Shown here in pieces: positions 1 through 7,589 of a stretch of 48,533 nucleotides of DNA. Within the stretch, counting starts at the first letter, position 1. Every line of letters begins with the position of its first letter. Location: positions 1-48,533 of the forward strand of contig JBPOIX010000274.1 in the NCBI GenBank assembly GCA_052034175.1, read 5' to 3'. The position numbers were made by a program, and so were the translations under genes. This stretch comes from Actinomycetota bacterium (GTDB lineage: Bacteria > Actinomycetota > Acidimicrobiia > Acidimicrobiales > Ilumatobacteraceae). Below the pieces are notes generated by a model, which searched no databases, was not told the DNA's origin, and was given only the letters and a program-made list of their open reading frames with translations.

Positions 1-22
1 GGTTCGATTCCTACCGGGGGCG
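1..22 (+). tRNA. 3' end of a tRNA gene truncated by the window edge (isotype not determinable)
   Basis: GG+TTCGATT+CCTAC reads as the end of a T-stem, T-loop and T-stem 3' strand. It is followed by the 7-nt acceptor strand CGGGGGC and discriminator G. No CCA is encoded. The same layout recurs at 19563-19587. Confidence 0.6.
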
Positions 23-33
23 CTCTGCAAATC

Positions 34-69
34 GGCTCTCTACCCGGGGATATTACCTGGTAGAGAGCC
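34..69 (+). terminator. Stem-loop just downstream of the tRNA end (11-bp perfect stem)
   Basis: GGCTCTCTACC (34-44) pairs perfectly with GGTAGAGAGCC (59-69) across a 14-nt loop. There is no clear U-tract, so a terminator function is tentative. Confidence 0.35.
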
Positions 70-279
70 CTACGCAAGAAATCCTGCTGGACTCGGATTG
101 ACCTCCAGTGACCGTGACTGACCGCCATTTGCCTCTGTCATTGGGAGGAGATTGGGAGGAGCTTTGCCTCTGGTGGTGGGGACGACCACCACACGGGCGA
201 CGAGTCGGTCCGCGGCGTGTGGACCGACAGCACGTGTCAGGCGAGGGCGCGACCGGAGTGGGGGAGAGTGCGGCGTTCG

Positions 280-885
280 TCAAACTGTCGTTCCGCGGAT
301 ATGGCCGATGCCTGGAGCGAATCGTCCGGTGGACTGTGCGTAGGCGCGGTACTGGTCGCCTTGGACCGTTCGGAGGTAGGGCTCTTCGACGAGTCGGACC
401 TGGATCTCGAGGGCCACGAAGAGGGCGACGAGCCCGAGGATGCTGATGACGTTGGGGATGATCATCGCGAGCCCGGTGGCGGTGATGAGCATGGCGGTGA
501 AGATCGGGTTCCGTACCAGCCGGAAGGCACCGTCGGTGACGAGCTCGGTGCGTTCGTCGGCGTCGACGCCGATTCTCCAGGATTCGCCCATCGACGACTG
601 AGCCGCGACGGTGAGCACGATCCCGATGAGGGTGACCAGAATGCCGGCGGTGTGAAGCCACGTGGCGTCGAGGGCGGTGATGTCGCCGAGACCGGCTACG
701 GCGGCGATCGGCGCGGCGAAGCCGACGAGGATGGCGACGCCGAAGCCGATCTTCGCCCACCATTGCGGAGTGTTGGGCTGGGCGTGCAGTCGCAGGCCGC
801 TGTCGCCGGTGCGGCGACGCTGCTCGATGGTTCGCCATCCGAACGCGAGCGATGCCCAGACGAGGTAGAGGATGAGCGCAGTCAT
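280..885 (-). CDS. Isoprenylcysteine carboxyl / phospholipid methyltransferase family membrane protein
   Basis: The lower part of ORF 280..1338 starting at MTALILYLVW is a multi-TM protein with the FRLVRNPIFTAML motif typical of the ICMT/PEMT family. An alternative start lies at 927 (MTPSTQ...). It is divergent from an ArsR gene. Confidence 0.7.
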   Translation of the reverse strand: MTALILYLVWASLAFGWRTIEQRRRTGDSGLRLHAQPNTPQWWAKIGFGVAILVGFAAPIAAVAGLGDITALDATWLHTAGILVTLIGIVLTVAAQSSMGESWRIGVDADERTELVTDGAFRLVRNPIFTAMLITATGLAMIIPNVISILGLVALFVALEIQVRLVEEPYLRTVQGDQYRAYAQSTGRFAPGIGHIRGTTV

Positions 886-928
886 GGCCACGGTTGTGTG
901 TGTCTCCCTTTGCGTTGATGGTGTCATC

Positions 929-942
929 TGTTCAGCTGCACA
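929..942. promoter_or_regulatory. Candidate ArsR/SmtB operator (imperfect palindrome)
   Basis: TGTTCAGCTGCACA matches its own reverse complement at 12 of 14 positions and is centred on CAGCTG. It lies in the divergent interval immediately 5' of the ArsR start at 946, next to CATATAT. Confidence 0.3.
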
Positions 943-945
943 TAT

Positions 946-1410
946 ATGATGCCGGTCATGGCTGCTTCCCGCAAGGCTCCGGTTGTTGATCTCGATGTCT
1001 GTCCATCGCATTGCGACGAGCCGGCGGTACTGCTCGAGGCGTTGCGGGGTCGGGTGTCGGGTCGTGAGGCGCACGTGGAGGCCGCCGAGTTGTTCCGGCT
1101 GTTGGGTGATCCGACTCGGTTGGCGATCCTGCATGCGTTGTTGGAGGGCGGCGAGCTGTGCGTATGCGACCTCGCACGCGTCGCGGGTGTCGCGGAGAAC
1201 GTGGTGAGCCAGGCGATGAGGTTGCTTCGTGCGGCGGACGTGGTGCGCACCCGGCGCGACGGTCGGCGGATCCACTACCGGCTCGCGGACGCGCATGTTC
1301 GGCTGCTGTTGGATGTCTCGGCCGACCACGTCCGCCATCAGGAACTCGATGCCGTCGCGGCGGTGCCGGTCGGCACGTCGAATGAGCGGGGTTCACGTCG
1401 TGTCGGCTGA
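946..1410 (+). CDS. ArsR/SmtB-family metal-sensing repressor (alpha3N-type Cys pattern)
   Basis: LGDPTRLAILHALLEGGELCVCDLA is a winged-HTH with the ELCVCDL (CXC) motif. N-terminal Cys residues occur in DVCPSHCDE. The 3' end overlaps the downstream ATPase start. Confidence 0.9.
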   Translation: MMPVMAASRKAPVVDLDVCPSHCDEPAVLLEALRGRVSGREAHVEAAELFRLLGDPTRLAILHALLEGGELCVCDLARVAGVAENVVSQAMRLLRAADVVRTRRDGRRIHYRLADAHVRLLLDVSADHVRHQELDAVAAVPVGTSNERGSRRVG

Positions 1411-3700
1411 CCACGACCACGACGAGGCCGGCCCGCCCGTGACCGGCGTGGTGGCTGATGATTGTTGCGTGGCGCCGTCGATGGCGACGCCGCTGTCGGG
1501 ACCTTCGTCGGGTGTCGGGATCGTCACGTACCGCGTCGAGGAGTTGGACTGCGCCACCGAGGAGAACGATCTGCGCGCGGTGTTGACACCGTTGCCCGGC
1601 GTGCGGTCATTGGAGTTCGATCTCGTCGGTCGCCGGGTGCGTGTTCGACACGATCTCGAGTCGCCGGAGCCGATCGAGGCCGCGATCCGCGAGTTGGGGA
1701 TGCGACCGAGTGTCGTCGCGGGGGCCGAAGGGGCGTCGCTCGATCGAAGCCTGTCGCGCCGGTCGATCCTCGTGACTGTCGTCGCCGGCTTGTTCGCGGT
1801 CGGCTCCGAAGTCGCTGTGATCCTGGGCGCCGACGAACAGTCGGTCCTCGTCGCCATCCTGGCTGTCATTGCGATCGCGCTCGGCGGACGCGACACCCTG
1901 CGCAAGGGATTCCAGGCGCTGCGCTCCCGGCGGATGACGATGAGCCTGCTGATGAGCGTCGCCGTCATCGGCGCAGTTCTGATCGGGCAGTGGCCCGAAG
2001 CAGCGGTGGTCATCTGGCTGTTCGGCGTCGCCGAACTGATCGAGGCGCTGAGCTTGGAACGGGCCCGCAACGCAATCCGATCACTCGTCGGTCTCGCCCC
2101 GGAGATCGCGGCGGTGCGACGCGACGACGTCTGGGTGCAGGTCCCCACCGGTGAGGTGCCCCTGGAGGCGGTGATCCTGGTCAAGCCGGGAGAACGCATC
2201 GCGTTGGACGGTCGCGTCGTCGCCGGCGCGAGCTCCGTGAACCAGGCACCGGTCACTGGCGAGTCGGTCCCCGTCACCAAAGCGGTCGGTGATCCGGTGT
2301 TCGCTGGCACGATCAACGAGCGCGGCACCCTCGAGGTCGCGGTGACCGCGGCCAAGGGTGAGGGCACGCTCGACCGGATCGCTCGCTCGATCCAGGAGGC
2401 CCAGGCCGACAAGGCCCCCGCACAGCGTTTCGTCGACCGCTTCGCCGCCGTCTACACGCCTGCCGTGTTCGTGATGGCGATCCTGGTCGCAGTGGTCCCG
2501 GTGGTCACCGGGCATGGCAGCTTCCGAGACTGGTTCTACCGGGCGCTGGTGCTGCTGGTGCTCGCCTGTCCGTGCGCGCTGGTGATCTCGACCCCGGTCA
2601 CCGTGGTGTCCGGGCTCGGTGGCGCGGCACGACGCGGCATCCTCATCAAGGGCGGCGTCCATCTCGAGAACGCCCGCAAGCTACGCACCGTCGCCCTCGA
2701 CAAGACCGGCACCCTCACTCACGGAACGCCGGTGCTCACCGATCTCGTCAACATCGGCGCGCTGACCGATGAGGACATTCTGCGCATCGCCGCGTCGATC
2801 GAAGCGCTCTCCGAGCACCCGGTCGCGCATGCGGTCGTCACTGCCTACCGCGGCACCCTCGACACCGTCGACGGGTTCGAGGCGATCACCGGACGCGGCG
2901 TCCGCGGCACCATCGACGGCGTCACCTACACCCTCGGCAACCATCGTCTGGTGGAAGAGACCGGGGTGTGCGGACCCGAACTCGAACAGCTCCTAGAACG
3001 GCTCGAGAACGAGGCGAAGACCGCGATCGTGCTGATGAACGCCGCCCCGCTTGCCGTGCTCGCGGTCGCCGACACCTTGCGCCCGAACAGCCGCCAAGCC
3101 GTCGACGACCTCAAGGCACTCGGCGTGACCACCATCATGCTCACCGGCGACAACCAACGCACCGCCACCGCGATCGCCGCCCAGGCCGGCATCGACGACG
3201 CCCGCGGCGACCTGCTGCCCGACGACAAGCTGCGCATCATCACCGAACTCGTCGCCACGGCCGGGCCGGTGGGAATGGTCGGCGACGGGGTCAACGACGC
3301 GCCCGCGCTCGCCAAGGCGAACCTGGGAATCGCCATGGGTGCCGCCGGCACCGACACCGCGATCGAGACCGCCGACATCGCGTTGATGGACGACGACCCA
3401 CGAAAGATCGCGGAGACCATCCGCATCTCCACGCACACCGCCCACGTGCTCTGGCAGAACATCACCATCGCGTTGGGCGTCAAGGCTGTGTTCCTCGTTC
3501 TCACCCTCTCCGGTACGGCGTCTCTGTGGATCGCAGTGCTCGCCGACATGGGCGCCAGCCTCGTCGTCATCGCCAACGGCCTCCGACTGCTGCGCCGCCC
3601 CGCGCACGGCACACGCGCCGACGCCCGACACAACAACAACGCACCTCCCCAGGCCGCCGATGCCGGCGCCGGTACCTCGGCTACGGTTCATCCCCGATGA
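1382..3700 (+). CDS. Heavy-metal translocating P1B-type ATPase (Cd/Zn/Pb-like, CPC type)
   Basis: The N-terminal HMA-like domain has LDCATEEN. Core motifs are ACPCALVISTP, DKTGTLT and GDGVNDAPAL. Start chosen at MSGVHVV; an in-frame GTG at 1400 is an alternative. Confidence 0.93.
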   Translation: MSGVHVVSADHDHDEAGPPVTGVVADDCCVAPSMATPLSGPSSGVGIVTYRVEELDCATEENDLRAVLTPLPGVRSLEFDLVGRRVRVRHDLESPEPIEAAIRELGMRPSVVAGAEGASLDRSLSRRSILVTVVAGLFAVGSEVAVILGADEQSVLVAILAVIAIALGGRDTLRKGFQALRSRRMTMSLLMSVAVIGAVLIGQWPEAAVVIWLFGVAELIEALSLERARNAIRSLVGLAPEIAAVRRDDVWVQVPTGEVPLEAVILVKPGERIALDGRVVAGASSVNQAPVTGESVPVTKAVGDPVFAGTINERGTLEVAVTAAKGEGTLDRIARSIQEAQADKAPAQRFVDRFAAVYTPAVFVMAILVAVVPVVTGHGSFRDWFYRALVLLVLACPCALVISTPVTVVSGLGGAARRGILIKGGVHLENARKLRTVALDKTGTLTHGTPVLTDLVNIGALTDEDILRIAASIEALSEHPVAHAVVTAYRGTLDTVDGFEAITGRGVRGTIDGVTYTLGNHRLVEETGVCGPELEQLLERLENEAKTAIVLMNAAPLAVLAVADTLRPNSRQAVDDLKALGVTTIMLTGDNQRTATAIAAQAGIDDARGDLLPDDKLRIITELVATAGPVGMVGDGVNDAPALAKANLGIAMGAAGTDTAIETADIALMDDDPRKIAETIRISTHTAHVLWQNITIALGVKAVFLVLTLSGTASLWIAVLADMGASLVVIANGLRLLRRPAHGTRADARHNNNAPPQAADAGAGTSATVHPR

Positions 3701-4218
3701 CACCGATCGGACGACGACGCTTCCTCGCCGGGCTCGGGGCGGGCCTCGTCGGTTTCACGGGCGTGCTCGCTGCCGGATGCTCGAGCAGCGACAGCAACGG
3801 AGCCCCAGCCCCGACCGCACCGTCTGCGGCCGGCGGCGCGCTCGACGGCCTATCGCTACAGGTCCGACGCGACCCTGGTTGAAGCTGTTGCTCCGCGTGG
3901 GTCGTGTACCTGCGATCTCAAGGCGCCACCGTCGACGTGACCGACGATCCCGACCGAGCGGCATATCGCGTGTCGTTGGGCATCCCTGACAGCGCCCAGT
4001 CGTGCCACACCGCGACGGTCGACGGATACGCGATCGAGGGGCATGTGCCGGCGGAAGCAATCCGCCGGTTGGTCACGGACCGCCCCGACGTCGCCGGACT
4101 CGCCCGTCCGGGCATGCCCGGAGACGCCCCAGGGATGGGTGGCAACGCGACGAGTTGGATCGGCCAACCCGTCGTGCTCGTGAAACGCGACGGTTCACTC
4201 ACCTCGTTCTCCTACTGA
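3697..4218 (+). pseudogene. DUF411 / CopG-like metal-binding Tat-lipoprotein gene interrupted by an in-frame TGA (3880-3882)
   Basis: The N-terminal part is MTPIGRRRFLAGLG...AAGCSSS (Tat motif plus lipobox), running to ...QVRRDPG then TGA. The same frame continues SCCSAWVVYLRSQG...SCHTATVDGYAIEGHVPAEAIRRL...PGMPGDAPGM, which are DUF411 hallmarks. The TGA sits where the first Cys of the family's CxCC motif is expected. The ATG overlaps the ATPase stop (ATGA). Confidence 0.75.
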
Positions 4219-4228
4219 CCTCTGTACG

Positions 4229-4471
4229 TCATTGGTTCGCGATGGTGATGGCCAGCAGCACGGCCGATGCGGCGATGAGCAGCAGGACCGAGGCTGTGAG
4301 GACCTGCTGCATTCGATCCGCCGGCCGACGCGATGTCGGGACGGTCGCGATGCTCGACGTCGCCGCCCCGGCACCGGGCTCGGTCGAGGGCTCCTCGACA
4401 GTGGCCGGCGCTGCCGGTGGCGGCGCGCCGGGCGCGTCGGTCGGATTCGAGTCGACGGGATGATCGGTCAT
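4229..4471 (-). CDS. Hypothetical small protein with Pro/Ala-rich N-terminus and C-terminal TM helix
   Basis: This 80-aa ORF has GC-rich third codon positions throughout. The C-terminus VLTASVLLLIAASAVLLAITIA is hydrophobic. No family was recognised. Confidence 0.35.
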   Translation of the reverse strand: MTDHPVDSNPTDAPGAPPPAAPATVEEPSTEPGAGAATSSIATVPTSRRPADRMQQVLTASVLLLIAASAVLLAITIANQ

Positions 4472-4565
4472 GTCGTATGGGTGGCCGATGGCCGGTGTCG
4501 AGTTCCATCAGGCCCGTTTCGCTCGTCGACGGAACTCGGCAGGTGTGTGAGGCAACTGGTGGGTC

Positions 4566-4940
4566 ATGGTTCGACTTTTCGTGGTGGCCTCGATGACTGC
4601 TGTGCTGTTCGCCGCCTGCGCTGGCGACGACCCGCCGACCTCGACGGCGTCGAGCGGGCCGGGACGTGGGGAGGCGATCGCCCGCGATGCCGGCTGCGCG
4701 AGCTGTCATGGGGGCTCGTTCCAGGGAGGAGTCGGGCCGAGTTGGGTCGAGCTGGCCGGATCCGAGGTCGAGTTGTCGAATGGTTCGGTCGTCACCGCCG
4801 ATGACGCGTACTTGTTCGAGTCGATTCGCAATCCGAGCACGAAGACCGTCGCAGGCTTCAGTCTGAAGATGCCCGGGAACTCGCTGACCGACGACGAGAT
4901 CCGCGAGATCGTGGCGTACATCCGCTCGCTGTCGGACTGA
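4566..4940 (+). CDS. Mono-haem c-type cytochrome, probable lipoprotein
   Basis: It has the CASCHG haem-binding motif and a downstream KMPG (axial Met context). The signal peptide has a FAAC lipobox-like site. Confidence 0.8.
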   Translation: MVRLFVVASMTAVLFAACAGDDPPTSTASSGPGRGEAIARDAGCASCHGGSFQGGVGPSWVELAGSEVELSNGSVVTADDAYLFESIRNPSTKTVAGFSLKMPGNSLTDDEIREIVAYIRSLSD

Positions 4941-5725
4941 TGCAAGGGGTTCGACGATCTGCAGTCGCGGTGCTCTTGGCAGCGGCGGCACTGATGGTCG
5001 TGGGGTGCGGGGCGCCGTCGGCGCGGACAGCCCTCGAGCGAGCCGCATCGGCGGATCATCCAGCGCGCTTCGTGTTCGTCGATCGGCCGGACGCGGCGAG
5101 TCTGATGGAGTGTCTCGGCGCTGCTGAGACACTGGTCGTCACGGTGGACACCGAACGGAACGCGATGGCTGTGCGACGTCAGGACGAGACCAACCCGGTC
5201 GTCGTCTGGACCGCCGACGCGTCGTTCGTCGATGCATCGCTCTTGACCTCAGGAGTCGGATGGGTCCGCGTTGGCCGCGATCTCGCCGGGCCGACGAGGG
5301 CCGAGGTCGAGGCAGCGGTCGGATCGTCACTGTCGGGTTGGGTGTTCGCTGAGCGGATCGCACCCGACCCAGTGACCGTGGCGAGGAGCGCCCTGGCGGT
5401 GGCGAGCGACATCAGCGAAACCGTGTCCTCGTCTGGCGACGTGACGGTGTCGGTCGAGGTTGACGAATCCGTTGGAGACATGGAGGGACTGGATGTTGGG
5501 CCGATCCCGGACCTGCAGTTCACCGTCGTCAATGGGCGGATCACGGCGATCGGCGCCCGCATGGCCTCGGGGGACGAGGACTCGTTCGGGTTCGTCTGGG
5601 AGTACGACCAGCGAACGGATGTGGCGACCGTGGAGCCACCGCTGAACGCGACGGACGTTTCGGCGATCGAAGCAACGATCGGTACCGGCAACCGCCGGGA
5701 GTTTGCGTGCAACCTGGGTCTGTGA
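4940..5725 (+). CDS. Hypothetical lipoprotein
   Basis: Signal peptide with lipobox LMVVGCG. The start overlaps the cytochrome c stop (TGATG). No domain was recognised. Confidence 0.55.
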   Translation: MQGVRRSAVAVLLAAAALMVVGCGAPSARTALERAASADHPARFVFVDRPDAASLMECLGAAETLVVTVDTERNAMAVRRQDETNPVVVWTADASFVDASLLTSGVGWVRVGRDLAGPTRAEVEAAVGSSLSGWVFAERIAPDPVTVARSALAVASDISETVSSSGDVTVSVEVDESVGDMEGLDVGPIPDLQFTVVNGRITAIGARMASGDEDSFGFVWEYDQRTDVATVEPPLNATDVSAIEATIGTGNRREFACNLGL

Positions 5726-5734
5726 GGTGCCGGC

Positions 5735-6451
5735 TCAGACGAGCAACAGGGCGGTTGCGTTGAACGCCATGTGGGCGATGACCGCTGGGCCGAGGCGGCC
5801 TGTGCGCCGGGTCAGCACCGCGAAGACCGTGCCGACCACGAACAGTCCGGGGATCTGCGCCGGTTTGAAGTGCGACAGCGAGAACACCAACGCCGACACG
5901 ACGATGGCAGCGACGTCGTCGAAGCGGCGAGCCAGCGACCTGAGCAGCAACCCGCGGAAGAACAGTTCTTCGGCGATCGGTGCTCCAACGACGATCACCA
6001 GATACAGCACGACGCGCGATCCCATGGTGTTGTCGAGGAGCTGCCGAGTGGGTTCGTCGACGTCGATCGACCAGAGCTGCTCGACCGGCCAGGAAACGAC
6101 GGGGACGAGGACGAGTTGCGTGAGTGCCCCGGCGAGGAGGCCGACCGGGACGTCGCGGCCCTTCATTGTGAGACCGAAGTCGTCGCGCAGCGAACGAGAT
6201 CCGAACCAGCGGGTGGCGGCGATGGGTCCGCCGATGAAGCCGATCCAGAGGCCGATGACCGACGCCACGTGGATGGTGACGGTGGTGGTCGAGGCCGACG
6301 ATTCGCCTCCAGCGAAAGCGAAGAGAACGTTCCCGAGCAGCAGTCCGGTGAGGTACGCAGCGATCGCGTGTGGGATTCCCCACCGGGTCTGGTTGCTCGG
6401 CCGCAGACCGTCGGCTCCCAGTGGGGCCGGCCCGGGTTGTGTGACGGTCAC
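5735..6451 (-). CDS. CPBP family intramembrane glutamic endopeptidase (CAAX protease-like)
   Basis: Motifs APIAEELFFRGLL, FSLSHF and AHMAFN in a multi-TM protein. The start overlaps the DUF305 gene stop by 4 nt. Confidence 0.85.
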   Translation of the reverse strand: MTVTQPGPAPLGADGLRPSNQTRWGIPHAIAAYLTGLLLGNVLFAFAGGESSASTTTVTIHVASVIGLWIGFIGGPIAATRWFGSRSLRDDFGLTMKGRDVPVGLLAGALTQLVLVPVVSWPVEQLWSIDVDEPTRQLLDNTMGSRVVLYLVIVVGAPIAEELFFRGLLLRSLARRFDDVAAIVVSALVFSLSHFKPAQIPGLFVVGTVFAVLTRRTGRLGPAVIAHMAFNATALLLV

Positions 6452-7068
6452 GTGCCGGCGCGTTCGTCGAGCATGGACTGCATGGCGTCGATCTCGCTCT
6501 GCTGACTGGTGACGATCGAGCTGGCGAGTCGGCGAACCTCGTCGCGTCCGGTCATGGTCAGCACGGCTTCGGCCATCTCGACGCCGCCTCGGTGGTGACG
6601 GATCATCAGGTTGAGGAACAGGACTTCGGCCTGATCCAGCGGCAGGGAGTCGAGTTGGCGGATCTCGTCATTGGTCGCCATGCCGGGCATTGCCTCCATG
6701 TCCATGGCCGTGTGTTCTTGCGCCCACGACATGGGAGCATCGAGCGAGGTGATGGGTAGCCCCCATTGGTCGAGCCAGCCGCTGAACCTGCCGATCTGTG
6801 ATTGCTGGGTGAGCACGATGTCGGTGGCGAGCGCGCTCAGCAGCGGGTCCTGGGTGCGGGACCGGATGGCCTCGGCCATCGAGACGGCCTGGGCGTGGTG
6901 CGTCGACATGTCCCGAACGAAACCCGCTTCGGCCGACCTGTTCACTGGCATGGTCGCCGGGTCATCGGCGGATCGGCTGGCCACCACCCCGATGCCGATA
7001 CCGAGTGCTGTCGCAGCAAGCAGCACGGCGCCGGACCGTATGGCACGACCGCGCCGGGACGTGGTCAC
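6448..7068 (-). CDS. DUF305 domain protein (secreted or membrane-anchored, copper-stress associated family)
   Basis: Two repeated helical units read FVRDMSTHHAQAVSMA and FLNLMIRHHRGGVEMA, with an N-terminal TM/signal. 4-nt overlaps on both sides. Confidence 0.8.
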   Translation of the reverse strand: MTTSRRGRAIRSGAVLLAATALGIGIGVVASRSADDPATMPVNRSAEAGFVRDMSTHHAQAVSMAEAIRSRTQDPLLSALATDIVLTQQSQIGRFSGWLDQWGLPITSLDAPMSWAQEHTAMDMEAMPGMATNDEIRQLDSLPLDQAEVLFLNLMIRHHRGGVEMAEAVLTMTGRDEVRRLASSIVTSQQSEIDAMQSMLDERAGT

Positions 7069-7589
7069 GCGGGTTCGCCGTACCCGCGGCTGCAGGTCGC
7101 CCCGGGCTCAGGTGTTTGAGGGCCTTGCTGGAACGCTTCGATGAAGGTGCCGAGGCCGGCGTCATCGGCGGTCTCGAAGCGTTGCTGCGCGCCCCATGCG
7201 CTGGCGACGATCGGCGACGCCAGATCCGGGTACGGGCTGAGCAGGATGTGAGTCTGGCCGTTCGTGAGCATCTGGAGTCGTTCGACGTCGCCGGGGGCGA
7301 GATCGGGCCGGTAGGTGATCCACACCGCGCCGTGTTCGAGCGAGTGCACGGCCATCTCGTCGAGCACGGGCTCGCGATAGACACCGCAGTTCTGCCAGAC
7401 CGAATTGTGGTCGCCACCGATCGGAGGGGATTGGGGGTAGTCGATGTCCTGGTCGACGTGGTTTCTGCTGGTGATGACGATGGTGCTCACCGGAGCGGAC
7501 CCGGCCGGCTCGGTGGTGTTGTGGTTTCCGCCGCAGGCGGCGATCAGGAGCGCTGCGACGGTGGCGGCGAGGATCGATGGACGTGTCAT
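7065..7589 (-). CDS. DUF3105 domain lipoprotein
   Basis: Starts MTRPSILAATVAALLIAACGG (lipobox IAAC). Contains PPIGGDHNSVWQNCGVY and LEHGAVWITY. The start at 7589 overlaps the upstream stop (ATGA). The upstream part of ORF 7065..7721 was rejected. Confidence 0.75.
   Translation of the reverse strand: MTRPSILAATVAALLIAACGGNHNTTEPAGSAPVSTIVITSRNHVDQDIDYPQSPPIGGDHNSVWQNCGVYREPVLDEMAVHSLEHGAVWITYRPDLAPGDVERLQMLTNGQTHILLSPYPDLASPIVASAWGAQQRFETADDAGLGTFIEAFQQGPQTPEPGATCSRGYGEPA

Noticed and set aside
1-22. Interpretation of the tRNA-like ends (1-22 and 19546-19587) as tmRNA (ssrA) 3' ends
   Set aside because: The acceptor strand CGGGGGC implies a GCCCCCG 5' strand, without the G3:U70 alanine identity pair expected for tmRNA. 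The second copy retains an anticodon-loop-like UUCCUAA. A tRNA(-Arg-like) origin fits better.
53-838. 261-aa minus-strand ORF and overlapping plus-strand ORFs (108..446, 217..918) near the window start
   Set aside because: The translations are extreme Arg/Pro/His low-complexity sequences, typical of wrong-frame reading of high-GC DNA. They overlap the well-supported ICMT-like gene (280..885) or non-coding sequence.
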